The position numbers and the translations under genes were made by a program. The notes beneath the pieces were generated by a model, which was not told the DNA's origin, ran no database searches, and saw only the letters and a program-made list of their open reading frames with translations. Positions 27,562 to 38,246 of a stretch of 42,479 nucleotides of DNA are shown one piece after another; within the stretch, counting starts at the first letter, position 1; every line of letters starts with the position of its first letter. The stretch is from a virus (lineage: Duplodnaviria; Caudoviricetes): positions 1-42,479 of the IMG/VR virus record IMGVR_UViG_3300031453_000005; one strand, 5' to 3'.

Positions 27562-28815
27562 GTGGTGGCTAACAGCCTCATTACCAACCAGTACATCGCC
27601 CGCAAGGCGATCAAGCTCGCGCGGAACAAGAACTCGTGGATTCGCATGGTCGATCGCCAATACGACAGCGAGTTTGAGCGCAGCGGCGCTGTTCCAGGCC
27701 AGTCCATTCGCATTCGCCAGCCGGTTGATTACGTGCTGCGTCGCGGGGCCAATGCGGTCATCCAGAACAGCACGCAGAATGTCGTCACGCTGACCGTCGC
27801 CAGCCAGACAGGTGTGGATATGGGCTTTACCTCAGTCGATCGCACGATGAACGTGGATCGGTTTACCGAGACGTTCATCGTGCCCGCCGTCAACGTCGTC
27901 ATTGGAGGGCTTGCCGTCGATACCATGGCGGTTGTCGAGGGCGGTTCGTCGGCCTTCTCGGCTCGCTTCGACGCCAACGGTAACTTGCTTACACCCAATG
28001 CCGGCACTTGGCTGCATGCCAAAGCAGCGCTAGAGAATACCGGTGTCCCGTATGATGACTACAAGGTCGTTATGTCTCCTGACACGCAGGCGACAACGGT
28101 TGAAGCACTCGCTGGCTACTTCAATAGCCAGCCTTTGCTAGCGAAGCAGTACGAGAACGGCGACATGAGCCGCGCTCTAGGCTTTGACTGGATGGACGAT
28201 CAGACCATCCTCATCCACACCACAGGCACGCTCGCAAGCGCCGGCTCGACCTACGCTGCGTCCAAGGGGTGGTCCTTTACGACCGTTGCTGGTGCAAATC
28301 AGACAGGCAACGTGCTGACCGTCGCCGCTCTGACGGGAACCCTGAAAAAGGGTGACATCATCTGCATCGACCTCGTGTGTGGGGCAAACCCGGTCACGAA
28401 GTCCTCGACGGGTGGCCTGCGCACGTTCGCGGTTACGTCGGACGTTCCGTCTGGCTCGACGACGATTCCGATCTATCCCGCTCTTCTCGGGCCGGATGGC
28501 ACTGGTAACCAGCAGCAGTATCAGACGGTCATGTCTTCGCCGACCAACGGCGCCGTGATCTATTCCAAGATCGCGGCGAGCGTCGCCTATCGGAAGAACA
28601 TTGCGTTCGTGCCTAAGGCAGTGGCGCTGGTAACTGTCGATCTGATCATGCCGCCGAATGTCGATTGCGCGCGCGAAGTGTTCGACGAAATGTCGGTTCG
28701 CGTGCTCACGCAGTATGCGTTCGCCAGCGACGTTCTCGGCACTCGTCTCGACCTGCTGTCCGGGTCGGTCGGGCTTAAGCCAGAGTGGGTCGTAACCGTT
28801 GCCGATCCTGTGTAA
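27562..28815 (+). CDS. P22-like major capsid protein
   Basis: ANSLIT, VDRQYD..F, GQSIRIRQP, LKKGD, TRLDLL.G...KPEW. Confidence 0.92.
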   Translation: MVANSLITNQYIARKAIKLARNKNSWIRMVDRQYDSEFERSGAVPGQSIRIRQPVDYVLRRGANAVIQNSTQNVVTLTVASQTGVDMGFTSVDRTMNVDRFTETFIVPAVNVVIGGLAVDTMAVVEGGSSAFSARFDANGNLLTPNAGTWLHAKAALENTGVPYDDYKVVMSPDTQATTVEALAGYFNSQPLLAKQYENGDMSRALGFDWMDDQTILIHTTGTLASAGSTYAASKGWSFTTVAGANQTGNVLTVAALTGTLKKGDIICIDLVCGANPVTKSSTGGLRTFAVTSDVPSGSTTIPIYPALLGPDGTGNQQQYQTVMSSPTNGAVIYSKIAASVAYRKNIAFVPKAVALVTVDLIMPPNVDCAREVFDEMSVRVLTQYAFASDVLGTRLDLLSGSVGLKPEWVVTVADPV

Positions 28816-28829
28816 GGAGTAAAGGCGTC

Positions 28830-29081
28830 ATGTTCCATGAATATCCCAAAGCGGTTTACCTGCTTAAATCAGGTCAGCCGCATATTGCGGAAAGCGTGGA
28901 ACATGAGGCCGAACTACGCGCCAAGTACGTCGAGATGCCTGCGTCTGCGGAGGCTGATGAGCTTGGCGCACAGGGGCTTACGGACCAGCCCGGCGCCAGC
29001 CGAGCCGACAGAGACCGCCGCCGGGGGCGCCCGCCCAAGTCCTCCTACTTCATCAGCGAGCAGGACCTGAATGACGCCTAG
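28830..29081 (+). CDS. Small head-associated hypothetical protein
   Basis: EYPK start and RRRGRPPK motif after the coat gene. Confidence 0.65.
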   Translation: MFHEYPKAVYLLKSGQPHIAESVEHEAELRAKYVEMPASAEADELGAQGLTDQPGASRADRDRRRGRPPKSSYFISEQDLNDA

Positions 29082-29874
29082 CGCACTCATCATGCGGGCG
29101 CTCAAGAAGTCCGGCGTCAATGGTGTGGGGCAGACGCCTAGCCCCGTTGACCTAGCCGACGCACTGGATGATCTGAACGACATGTTCGGCCAGTGGCAGC
29201 GTCGCCGCTGGCTCGTAACGGACTTGGCCGAAGTTGTGTTTTCGAGCACTGGCAAGCATCTCTACACGGTCGGTTCGGACGTCACGAACGACATCATCAT
29301 GACCCGGCCCGATCGCCTGGCCGATGCGTTCATCCGGTTCAATCCGAATGCTGCCACATCGGTCGACAGCCGGCTCGGCATCATCGAGAGCCGGCAGGAC
29401 TACAATGAGATATCTCTCAAGGGGCAACAGGGGACTACGACTTCGGTCTACTACGATCCCGCGTTCCCTATCGGCCGCCTCTATCTCTGGCCGACGCCGG
29501 TCGCGAACGGTCAGACTGAGATTCACTTGTTCTTCAAGTCGCAGGAGTTCCTGACCCTCGGCTTGAACGACAACATCAATCTTCCGCCGGAATACAACGA
29601 GGCAATGCTCTACAACCTCGCTGCCCGCCTGCGCCCGTCTTACCAGCTTCCACCAGACCCTTCGATCGTAGCGATTGCCAAGTCGGCGCTCGCCACGATC
29701 CGCAAAACAAATGCGCAAATCCCAGAACTTGACATGCCCAGCGACGTCGCCGGCCTGGTGATGCGCGGCGGATATGGCGGCTTTGCCTATGCGGGGGGAA
29801 GCGATGGAGGGGGCAACTCTGGCGTGTTTCGTGTCGACATATCCCCCCTTGATGGATCGGACGTGCTGCTATGA
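29071..29874 (+). CDS. Head-tail adaptor (P22 gp4-like)
   Basis: LIMRALKKSGV..GQTP...DALDDLNDM..W; LPPEY.EAM.YNLA.RL. Confidence 0.8.
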   Translation: MTPSALIMRALKKSGVNGVGQTPSPVDLADALDDLNDMFGQWQRRRWLVTDLAEVVFSSTGKHLYTVGSDVTNDIIMTRPDRLADAFIRFNPNAATSVDSRLGIIESRQDYNEISLKGQQGTTTSVYYDPAFPIGRLYLWPTPVANGQTEIHLFFKSQEFLTLGLNDNINLPPEYNEAMLYNLAARLRPSYQLPPDPSIVAIAKSALATIRKTNAQIPELDMPSDVAGLVMRGGYGGFAYAGGSDGGGNSGVFRVDISPLDGSDVLL

Positions 29875-30605
29875 CGGTGCCAAAGATCTGGAACGCTGGC
29901 GAGAAGATTTTGCATGCCGATCTCAATGTCAACTTTCAGGCGATCGACACAAGCGCCGCCGTTGCCGCCGCCACCGGCACAACGAACGGCACCGCGATCA
30001 GCACGCTTCAGGCAAAGGTTGCGGGCTTGCCGACAAATCCGGCTACCGTCGATCAGGACATGGGCGCCCGCCGCCTGTTCAACGTCGCACAGGGTACCGC
30101 ATCGACCGATCCGGCACGACTGGATCAAGTAACATGGCGCACGATTTCCCGTTTTGTGATTCCAACTCCGCAATTGGGCGTCGTGGTTTCCTTGCCCATT
30201 GGTTACAATCGCTTTCGGTTGGATCTTGAAGCAATTAGCCCGTCATCGGGAGGATTTCCGTATATTAATTTTAGCTTTAACGGCGGGTTGAGCTATTCAA
30301 CCGGGCCAAGTGACTACGCTTGGGTAATGATCAAGGCTGACACGTCACTGACGCAGACCTATGCGAATGGCTCAACGCTTGTTCAGATCGGGCCTACTGG
30401 CCTAACGTCGGGGCAGTCCGGCTGGTTGGAATTTACCCCAGACGATAAGACGGTGTTTGCGACTTATTGGGGGTCTGGCTCGATGATTGAGGGGGCAACT
30501 GTTCAGGGGCGGTGCAACGTTGCTGGAACTCCGACACACATTCTGTTCGCTGTTTCAGGGGGCAGCATCAATTCTGGTCGTGTCCGCCTTTCAGGCGTGG
30601 TCTAA
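29871..30605 (+). CDS. Short tail fibre/spike-like protein
   Basis: N-terminal W.AGE.I.H.DLN.NF motif; beta-rich lower-GC C-terminus. Confidence 0.6.
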   Translation: MTVPKIWNAGEKILHADLNVNFQAIDTSAAVAAATGTTNGTAISTLQAKVAGLPTNPATVDQDMGARRLFNVAQGTASTDPARLDQVTWRTISRFVIPTPQLGVVVSLPIGYNRFRLDLEAISPSSGGFPYINFSFNGGLSYSTGPSDYAWVMIKADTSLTQTYANGSTLVQIGPTGLTSGQSGWLEFTPDDKTVFATYWGSGSMIEGATVQGRCNVAGTPTHILFAVSGGSINSGRVRLSGVV

Positions 30606-30922
30606 TGAGTACGATTCTCATTGATGGCGTCGTCATTGCTGCGTCAAGTGAAATCCAGTCAGCGCTCACGCGGTCGAGTCAAATATCGATTCCCCGCACG
30701 ATCACGAGTGCGGCGTTTCTAGCCCTTTGGACCGCCGCCGAAGTGGCTTCCGCAGCTGCTGCTGATCCCGCGTTGTTCTATGGCATGCTAAGGGTGGCGA
30801 CGCAGGGACAGGTTAATTTAGACAGCGTCGACCTACAGCCCCTGCTTGACTTGGCAGTGAGCAAAGGGGGCCTGACTGCTGCCAGAGCCGCGCAAATCCG
30901 AGCCGGGACGGGTCCAGCCTAG
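30605..30922 (+). CDS. Putative tail-fibre chaperone/accessory protein
   Basis: TITSAAFLALWTAAE...VNLD...LTAARAAQI; follows a fibre-like gene. Confidence 0.55.
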   Translation: MSTILIDGVVIAASSEIQSALTRSSQISIPRTITSAAFLALWTAAEVASAAAADPALFYGMLRVATQGQVNLDSVDLQPLLDLAVSKGGLTAARAAQIRAGTGPA

Positions 30923-32326
30923 ATGCGGATACCGCTGTCGGGCGGAGCCTATACCGCGCGCAGCATCATCGCTGGCGCTCAGGCCTGCATCAACCTTTTC
31001 GGCGAGCCGGTTCAGGAGGGGCAGGGCAGGGTCGCTTACTATCCAACGCCCGGACTAATCCGGCTCGGGACAGCCCCGCAAGTCGGCTGTCGCGGACTCT
31101 ATCGCTCCAAGCTGGGTGCGCTTTATGGCGTGTATGGTACTGGAGTTTACGCGATCGGGGCCGATTGGAGCTTCACGTTGCTAGGCAGCATCGCAGCCGG
31201 CGCGTCTCGGGTCAGCATGGCCGATAACGGCGTTGTCATGGCGATCGTTGACGGCACGTCGTCCGGCTACCGGGTGACGCTCTCCAACAACGCCTTCGCG
31301 CCGATCGTCTCCGCCGGCTTCTACGGCGCCGATTATGTCGAGTTCTTTGCAACCTACTTCATTTTCAATCGGCCCGGCCTGCCGCAGCTCTACGTGTCGG
31401 ATAGCCAAGCACTGACGTTCAACGCACTCTACTTCGCCAACTTCTCCGGCCAGCAGGACGCCATGATGGGTATCATGGCCGTGCATGGAGCCATGACCAT
31501 CGTGGGCACGATGCATACGGAATGGTGGACGACGTCGGGCGCTCCAGACTTCCCGTTCCAGCCGATCCCGACCGCGACGGTCGACAGCGGCGCGGTCGCG
31601 AAATATAGCCTCGCTCGAGCAGATAACGCCCTCTTCTGGATCAGCCAAAACTCGGAAGGGCAGGGCGTCGCGATCATTTCCCGTGGCTACGCAGCGGGCC
31701 GCATCAGCACGCACGCGATCGAGGCGGAGTGGCAAAGCTATGCGCGCATTGACGACGCGGTCGGATGGACGTTTCAGCAGGGTGGTCATACCCTCTACGT
31801 AGTCACGTTTCCGACTGCCGACCGGACTTGGGTGTTCAACATCGCAAGCCAGTGGTGGCATCAGTGGGGCAGCTTCGACGGCAGCACGCTCGCACGCCAT
31901 CGTGCGCAGTGCGGTGCCTTCGCTTTTGGGCAGAACGTCGTCGGCGATTACGCGACCGGCGCGCTCTACCGCCTCAACCCCGGCACCTTCACCGACGACG
32001 ACACACCCATCGCGCGGCAGCGCGCGTTCCCTCATTTGCTGGAGGACGGGCGCCGGGTCTTCTACACGCAGTTCCTTGTTGACATGGAGTGCGGCACGAC
32101 GACGGGGGCCGAGCCGCCGCTGACACTTGAGTGGTCTGATGACCGTGGCGCGACCTACACCGGCCGGCAGACCGCGATGCTGGGGGCCGCCGGCGTGGCG
32201 ATCACGTCCGTGCAATTCCAACGGCTCGGCATGGCGCGCGATCGGGTGTTTCGGCTGACTTGGACGGCACCGATCAGGACGGCTCTCATGGGTGCTTGGA
32301 TCAGTAAGAAGGTTTCTGGATCGTGA
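30923..32326 (+). CDS. Tail hub/packaged-DNA stabilization protein (P22 gp10-like)
   Basis: 467 aa beta-propeller-like; PTPGL, VSMADNG, RISTHAIE, WSDDRG, RLGMARDRVF. Confidence 0.88.
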   Translation: MRIPLSGGAYTARSIIAGAQACINLFGEPVQEGQGRVAYYPTPGLIRLGTAPQVGCRGLYRSKLGALYGVYGTGVYAIGADWSFTLLGSIAAGASRVSMADNGVVMAIVDGTSSGYRVTLSNNAFAPIVSAGFYGADYVEFFATYFIFNRPGLPQLYVSDSQALTFNALYFANFSGQQDAMMGIMAVHGAMTIVGTMHTEWWTTSGAPDFPFQPIPTATVDSGAVAKYSLARADNALFWISQNSEGQGVAIISRGYAAGRISTHAIEAEWQSYARIDDAVGWTFQQGGHTLYVVTFPTADRTWVFNIASQWWHQWGSFDGSTLARHRAQCGAFAFGQNVVGDYATGALYRLNPGTFTDDDTPIARQRAFPHLLEDGRRVFYTQFLVDMECGTTTGAEPPLTLEWSDDRGATYTGRQTAMLGAAGVAITSVQFQRLGMARDRVFRLTWTAPIRTALMGAWISKKVSGS

Positions 32327-32652
32327 GCCTCGCGCAACCATTCGTCCCGGTCGGAATGCCGCTTGTGGACAGCAATGGAATGCTGACACCGATTGCAGTA
32401 CAGTTCTTTTTAAACCTCTGGCAGCGCACGAATGGGGCGGCCGGGCCATCTGCACCGCTTACCGGCGAAATAGCGGCGTCGAATACGGCGGCGATAAATG
32501 CGGCGACCAGTTCGGCATCCGCAGCTTCGTTAAGCGCCTCTACTGCGCAAGCATCTGCCGCTGACGCCCAAATTCTAGCCGCACTCAATGATCTTGAGAC
32601 GGCACGATCAGACGATCATGCTGCGTTGCTTGCCCAACTCATAGCCGATTGA
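32323..32652 (+). CDS. Tail needle-like protein
   Basis: PLVD..G.LTP...FF..L then Ala/Ser coil; position after gp10. Confidence 0.55.
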   Translation: MSLAQPFVPVGMPLVDSNGMLTPIAVQFFLNLWQRTNGAAGPSAPLTGEIAASNTAAINAATSSASAASLSASTAQASAADAQILAALNDLETARSDDHAALLAQLIAD

Positions 32653-32662
32653 GGCGATACCC

Positions 32663-32992
32663 ATGGCCATCCTTCCCGCGGTGCTGCAAGGCGGCGCCAC
32701 GCTAGGCACGACTGCGACTGTGCTTTACACGACGCCAACGAACATCAAAGCCGTCGTCAAAAAGGCGACCTTCACCAACGTCTCGGCAGCGTCGGTCACC
32801 CTTACGGTCTCAATCGGCCGCAACGGTGGCGGTGCGTTGACGGTGACGAGCGTGCAAGCGATTCCTGCTGGACAAGCTTACATTGCAGTCGAGTTGGGCA
32901 ACCATGTGCTTGGGCCGGGTGACACTTTGAACGCGGTGGCCAGCACGGCTGCGGCTCTCAACGCGATCGTGTCCGGATACACTGTCGCATGA
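32663..32992 (+). CDS. Small beta-rich virion protein
   Basis: LYTTP...TFTN...LGPGD pattern; GAGG RBS. Confidence 0.65.
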   Translation: MAILPAVLQGGATLGTTATVLYTTPTNIKAVVKKATFTNVSAASVTLTVSIGRNGGGALTVTSVQAIPAGQAYIAVELGNHVLGPGDTLNAVASTAAALNAIVSGYTVA

Positions 32993-33408
32993 TCGTAACG
33001 CGGGCGACGCCAGATATGTTGGAGGGCTTGCCCGTTCTACTGCCTATCGACGAGCGAAAGTGGTTTGATGCGGCTGTGCTTAATCGTGCGCTCGCACAGA
33101 GCGAGATCACGTGGGTTGGGCTCACAATACAGGGTGTGGTGATGCTGGGTGGCATTTGCCGCGCTGATGCGGACACTGGACGGGTTTGGCAGGTCGGCAC
33201 GCGACTGATTGCAGAGCACAAGCGCGATTACCTACGGGAGAGTCTGGTTTTGATGGGCAAGGGGCTCTCCTTGTTCCCTCGGCTAATCACGGTCGTGCGT
33301 GCTGATTACACGGCTGCGCTTCGGCATTGTCGGCGGAATGGCTGGATAATCAGTGCGCCGCAAGATTTCGGCGGCACGCGAGCGTGTCTGTGTGAGAGGG
33401 GCCGCTGA
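32989..33408 (+). CDS. Hypothetical protein, possibly GNAT-like assembly factor
   Basis: Position before ejection genes; GRVWQVGT motif. Confidence 0.5.
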   Translation: MIVTRATPDMLEGLPVLLPIDERKWFDAAVLNRALAQSEITWVGLTIQGVVMLGGICRADADTGRVWQVGTRLIAEHKRDYLRESLVLMGKGLSLFPRLITVVRADYTAALRHCRRNGWIISAPQDFGGTRACLCERGR

Positions 33409-34394
33409 TGAACGGTTTTGGGGCAGGGCTAGAGCGCTTCCCGCGCCCATGTTTTGATGCATTCGGGGCGGGGCAGGCGATTAGCGGTGTCGCCAATGCG
33501 GCTGCAACATATCAAGCAGCTAAAACGCAAGCTGATGCAGTCAAACAAGCTTCGCAGCAGGCGCAGGATCGATACAATCAGACCCGCACCGATCTGCAAC
33601 CCTTCGCCCAGGCGGGGCAGCAGGCCTTCGGTCAGGTCAACGATCTGCTTCCCACGTTTGTTCAGAATGCCCAGAATTTCACCAACCAGATGGGCGCTGA
33701 TATGCCGGGGCAGACGCTCCAGGATGTCGGCAACTTTCTGCCCCAAGCGCAGAACAACAGCATCGTGCCCGGTAGCATGTCGCAGGCCGAACTTGAGGCG
33801 ACGCCTGGGTATCAGTTCAATCTATCGCAGGGTCAACAAGCGGTGGCGTCAAGTGCAGCAGCCCGTGGGCTGGGTGTTTCTGGAGCCGCGCTCAAAGGTG
33901 CGGCGACGTTCGCTACGGGGCTCGCCGACAATACATACATGAACCAGTTCAACATCAAGCAGCAGCAGTTCAGCGATCAGCTCTCGAAAGACAACCAGAA
34001 CTTTGGGCAGGGCAACACCAACTTCAACAACATCCTGAACCTGCGTCAAGGGCAGTTCAATCAGCAGCAGACGCGGCTGGGTGATTGGAACGCGATCGGC
34101 CAGTTCAGCCAAGGTGCGTTGCGAGATCGTCTCAATTTTCTATCAACAATGGGGACGACGGGCGAAAGCGCTGCGGCGCAGACCGGCTCGATTGGCGCCA
34201 GCTTGGCGAACAATTCAGGCAACCAGCAGATTGCCGGCGCTACGCAGATCGGGAATACGATTTCGCAGGGCGCAAACGCGCTCTCTGGCAGCATCAACGG
34301 CTACCTTAACAATCGGCAGCAGCAGAAGTATGTAAGCCAATTGAGTGGTAACGGCACACCTGGCGGTGATCTTCAGACAGGCGGCCTCTACTAA
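33408..34394 (+). CDS. DNA ejection protein (P22 gp7-like)
   Basis: LQPFAQAG, TPGYQF.L.QG..A...AAARG..SGAALK. Confidence 0.8.
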   Translation: MNGFGAGLERFPRPCFDAFGAGQAISGVANAAATYQAAKTQADAVKQASQQAQDRYNQTRTDLQPFAQAGQQAFGQVNDLLPTFVQNAQNFTNQMGADMPGQTLQDVGNFLPQAQNNSIVPGSMSQAELEATPGYQFNLSQGQQAVASSAAARGLGVSGAALKGAATFATGLADNTYMNQFNIKQQQFSDQLSKDNQNFGQGNTNFNNILNLRQGQFNQQQTRLGDWNAIGQFSQGALRDRLNFLSTMGTTGESAAAQTGSIGASLANNSGNQQIAGATQIGNTISQGANALSGSINGYLNNRQQQKYVSQLSGNGTPGGDLQTGGLY

Positions 34395-35926
34395 TGGCTG
34401 ACAACACTCTCGCTGTAGGCAACCCAACGACGCGACTCCAGACGCCGCTTGAGTCTCTGGGACAGGTAACTCAGGTTGTCAATGCCCTCGCCGCCTACAA
34501 GGGGCGCCAGGCCGTAGGCAACGCGCTCCAGCAGGCGACGGACCCCAACACCGGCCAACTTGACCCGCTCAAGTTCAACAAGCTGGTCGCAGCCGATCCT
34601 GACGCACGCTTCGGCATGCAGGATGCCGCATCCCAGAGCCAGCAGTTGCAGGGCCAGCAGCAAGGTCTACAGCAGAGCCGCAGCGGCGTGATCGGATCCA
34701 TGCTCGGATCGGTACTGGCCATGCCGGATGGCCAGCTCCACGACGGCGCCGCGTCGGCGCTCGACCGGGCTGTCACGATGGGCCTCGTGCCGCAGACCCA
34801 AGCGACGGCGCTTGCCATGAAGCTCCCTAACGATCCCGGAGCACTTCGCCAGACGCTCGGGCAGATGCAGCTTTCGATGCAGTCACCAGGCGAGCAGACG
34901 CAGCAGATCTACGGCACTCCGACGCAGCAGAGCAACGGCCAGGATCTAATCTCGGGCGTCACGGCTCCGGCACGCGCTGGCGGAGGGTTCAGCGGCACAA
35001 GCGCGACACCGCTCGTCCCGTCGCGCTCCGAGCTTCTGCAGCAGGTTCCGACACAGAATGCGCAAGGCCAGCCGGAATTGACCCCGGCTGGCGTTGTCGC
35101 AAACCGCCAGGGCGCCGGCGCCCTCACTGGCCCGGCCGGCGCGGCGCTCCCCGGCCGGGGCTTGCCTGCCGGCCTCGTTCCGCCTGGTTACACGGGCCGC
35201 TATGCCCCACCCAAGGCAGATGGATCGATCGCGGCAGGGCCTATGCCAGGCACGGTTCAGGCCGCCGCCAAGACGGCCGAGGCTGGAGCCGACCAGGGCA
35301 TCGCTCTGCAGCAGTCCTCCGACAACAGCCCGACCCGCCTTGGCATGCTCGGCAACATGATGGCGGACCTACAGGGCTTCACGCCGGGCCCTGGGCAAAC
35401 ACGCGAGACATACCTGCAGAACTTCGCACAGCGCTACGCGCCCGACCTCGCCAAGAGCTTCGGTATGGACCCGCAGCGTGTTGCCTCGGCCGAGAGTTTC
35501 GAGAAGCTCGCGACCAACCTCGCGACGCAGCAGGCGCAGACGCTTGGCAACGGCACCGATGCCAAGCTCGACGCGGCCATTCATGGCAACCCGCATGGCG
35601 GGATGTCGAAGATGGGCGCCACCCAGATCCTTCAGATGCTCCAGGGTAACGAAGATGCAATCGTCGCCAAGAACAAGGCTTGGCAGACCTATCAGGGGCA
35701 AAACGGCGCCGGCAGCTACGGCACGTTCTCGACGCAGTTCAATCAGGCGTTCGACCCGCGCGCGTTCCAGGCAGGCCGCCTCGACCCAGCCGATCGGGCG
35801 CGTATGCTTGAGGGGATGCCTCCATCGGAGCGCAATGCCTTCCGCGCCAAGGTCAATACCATGGTCAAGAGCGGCCTGATCCCAGACCCTCGCACCCCGG
35901 CGGCAGGCGCACCGAATGGCCAATGA
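34394..35926 (+). CDS. DNA ejection protein (gp20-like)
   Basis: Gln/Ala/Gly-rich; second gene of the ejection cluster. Confidence 0.65.
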   Translation: MADNTLAVGNPTTRLQTPLESLGQVTQVVNALAAYKGRQAVGNALQQATDPNTGQLDPLKFNKLVAADPDARFGMQDAASQSQQLQGQQQGLQQSRSGVIGSMLGSVLAMPDGQLHDGAASALDRAVTMGLVPQTQATALAMKLPNDPGALRQTLGQMQLSMQSPGEQTQQIYGTPTQQSNGQDLISGVTAPARAGGGFSGTSATPLVPSRSELLQQVPTQNAQGQPELTPAGVVANRQGAGALTGPAGAALPGRGLPAGLVPPGYTGRYAPPKADGSIAAGPMPGTVQAAAKTAEAGADQGIALQQSSDNSPTRLGMLGNMMADLQGFTPGPGQTRETYLQNFAQRYAPDLAKSFGMDPQRVASAESFEKLATNLATQQAQTLGNGTDAKLDAAIHGNPHGGMSKMGATQILQMLQGNEDAIVAKNKAWQTYQGQNGAGSYGTFSTQFNQAFDPRAFQAGRLDPADRARMLEGMPPSERNAFRAKVNTMVKSGLIPDPRTPAAGAPNGQ

Positions 35927-38246
35927 TCCTACCCTCTACGAGGAAGCCGGGCGCGCTTGGGGCGTCGACCCATCGCTGCTGCAAGCGATTGAGGGCGTCG
36001 AGAGCGGCGGCAAGGATACGGCGCTATCGAACAAAGGCGCGCAGGGCCGCATGCAGCTCATGCCAGACACCGCACGCGGCTTGGGCGTCAACGATCCTCA
36101 CGACCCTGTGCAGGCCGTGTTCGGCGCCGCGAAGCTTATGCGGCAGAACCTAGACGCGGCCAAGGGGGACGTCGTCACTGCGCTTAAGCTCTACCAAGGC
36201 GGCCCGAACACGGCTGGTTGGGGGCCGCAGAATGCCGCATATCCTGGACTGGTGCTGGGCAAGCTTCGGGGCGTCCAGGGCCGCGCTCCGGCGCCCGCTG
36301 CTGCTCCGGTAGCGCAGGACAGCGGAGATGCCTTCTCGGCCATGTTCGGCCAGGCCGCTCCAGCGCATGCCCCGGAGGCTCAGCAATCCGCAGCCGCTCC
36401 GGACGGAGGGGATGCATTTTCGGCTCTGTTCGGATCGACGGGGGCAACCCCTGGCACGCCGGCGCCCCCGCCCAAGCTTGCCGATACTTTCGGGCCGCTC
36501 GCAGCCGATGCGGCAGACGCGCATCTCGCCGCCGTGCGTAACACGGAAGCTGCCAAGCCGACCGGCCAGATTGTTCAAGAAGCGCTCGCGCCGGATCCGC
36601 AGGCGACCTATGGGGCCATCCTACCGGTTGCGCGCAATGGCGATGGCCCGCTGCGCTTAGCGATGCCCACTGCGGTCCGCGACATGCTCCAGGGCGCCGC
36701 TGAGATGTCTCAGGGGCCGGCAACAGGGGCCGTCACACCGGCCGCCAGCATGGCGCTTGCCAACGTCCTAGCCGGCGGCGTGGGGGCTTCGGTCGCGCGG
36801 GGAACCGGCGGCGCCATCGCGAACCGTCTGCTGTCGGCTGGGGACGGCGCTCTCGGACGAGCTGAGGTGTCCAGCCTAGCCGGCCCTCAATTTGCCGCCA
36901 ACCCGCTCGCCACCCCCGGCGCCGCGACACCGTCCATGCTCGGCCCGACCTCTCCAGTGCCAGTGTCATTGGCAGACCAGGCCCTGAACCTGCTCGCCGG
37001 GCGTCCTAGGATGCAGATTGGCGATGCGGCTGCGCCCCCCACGGCCAACGCTCTTGCAGGAGACGTTGCCGAGGCTGGTGGCCCTGGTGGCCCTGGTGGC
37101 CCTGGTGGCCCCGGCCCGGCACCAACTCGCCCGCCGATACCAACCGACTTCGCCGCGCGTGCAGCCTACGAACAGGCACAGCTCGCTAAGCCGCGCACCA
37201 CTGCGGACGGACATGATCCGACGCAGTATGTGCCGGGGGTGAAGCCGACGCTGGCCGAAGTTAGCGGTAAGGTCACAGACGCCAACGATCAGCGGTTCCT
37301 CGCCAATCAGCCGGACAGCAAAGAGGCGTTCCGCCGCGTCCAGATAGCAAATAATGATGCGCGAGTTGAATACCTTAGCCAAGGGGCCGGCGACCGTCAA
37401 ACGCTATCCAACGCTGTCGCTGCTCGCAGCGCTCAGGCTCAAAAGGACCTAGCCGCAGCGTGGCAGAACAAGACCGATGCGAATGCACAGCCAGTTGTCG
37501 CACAAATCGATCAGATGCTCGCCGGCCCGGCCGGGAAGCTTGGCGCGGTCCGAACCGCGTTGAACCGAGTGCGCGACAATATGTCCAACAAGGATGGTGC
37601 GCTCGAAAGCGACCCGGAGATCCTCTACGGCATCCGCAAGGATGTCGCGGACATGCTCGGCAAGGCTGCGCAGCAGGAGACCCCGACCCTGCGCAACGCT
37701 GCCAATCAGCTCGGGGCGCTCAAGGATACCCTTGATGGACAGATCGAACTCGCTGCGCCTGGCTATCGCCAATACCTCTCCAACTATTCGGCGGCGAGCC
37801 GGCCGATCGACAGCATGAGCCTGCTGCAGGATGCCCTGCCAGGGTTGCAGACCGGAAGCGACAAGCGACTGACCTTCGCCGGCATGAATCGTTTCATGAA
37901 GGGTATTGTTGATGCTCGCCAGGCTGGAGGCTCCAACGAGGCAAAGAGCCTGGATAATCCGGCGATGGAGCGACTTTGGAACGTCTACGCGGACTTGCAC
38001 CGGACGCAGCAGGCGCAAGATGTCGGCGGGACATCCGGATCGAGCACGCAGCCTTGGCTGGCGCAGGCTGCGAAGCTCGGTGCCGAGGGCGTAGGTCACG
38101 TTGCTGCCGGCGTTCTGACGGGCGGTAACCCCTTAGCTAATATGGCCTTACGTGGGGTCGTTAAGACTGTCGGCGCGGCTCGCGGGAATGCTCAACGTTC
38201 GTCTCGGGTAAACGAATTGCTTGACGGGTCGAATTACAAGCCCTGA
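35916..38246 (+). CDS. Ejection protein with an N-terminal lytic transglycosylase (SLT) domain
   Basis: AIEGVESGG, GAQGRMQLMP, ALKLYQGGP. Confidence 0.88.
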   Translation: MANDPTLYEEAGRAWGVDPSLLQAIEGVESGGKDTALSNKGAQGRMQLMPDTARGLGVNDPHDPVQAVFGAAKLMRQNLDAAKGDVVTALKLYQGGPNTAGWGPQNAAYPGLVLGKLRGVQGRAPAPAAAPVAQDSGDAFSAMFGQAAPAHAPEAQQSAAAPDGGDAFSALFGSTGATPGTPAPPPKLADTFGPLAADAADAHLAAVRNTEAAKPTGQIVQEALAPDPQATYGAILPVARNGDGPLRLAMPTAVRDMLQGAAEMSQGPATGAVTPAASMALANVLAGGVGASVARGTGGAIANRLLSAGDGALGRAEVSSLAGPQFAANPLATPGAATPSMLGPTSPVPVSLADQALNLLAGRPRMQIGDAAAPPTANALAGDVAEAGGPGGPGGPGGPGPAPTRPPIPTDFAARAAYEQAQLAKPRTTADGHDPTQYVPGVKPTLAEVSGKVTDANDQRFLANQPDSKEAFRRVQIANNDARVEYLSQGAGDRQTLSNAVAARSAQAQKDLAAAWQNKTDANAQPVVAQIDQMLAGPAGKLGAVRTALNRVRDNMSNKDGALESDPEILYGIRKDVADMLGKAAQQETPTLRNAANQLGALKDTLDGQIELAAPGYRQYLSNYSAASRPIDSMSLLQDALPGLQTGSDKRLTFAGMNRFMKGIVDARQAGGSNEAKSLDNPAMERLWNVYADLHRTQQAQDVGGTSGSSTQPWLAQAAKLGAEGVGHVAAGVLTGGNPLANMALRGVVKTVGAARGNAQRSSRVNELLDGSNYKP

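Noticed and set aside
31181-32455. 424-aa minus-strand ORF
   Set aside because: Antisense shadow of the gp10-like gene in high-GC DNA
37076-37115. 9-bp repeat GGCCCTGGT as a regulatory element
   Set aside because: Encodes a GPG linker within the ejection protein
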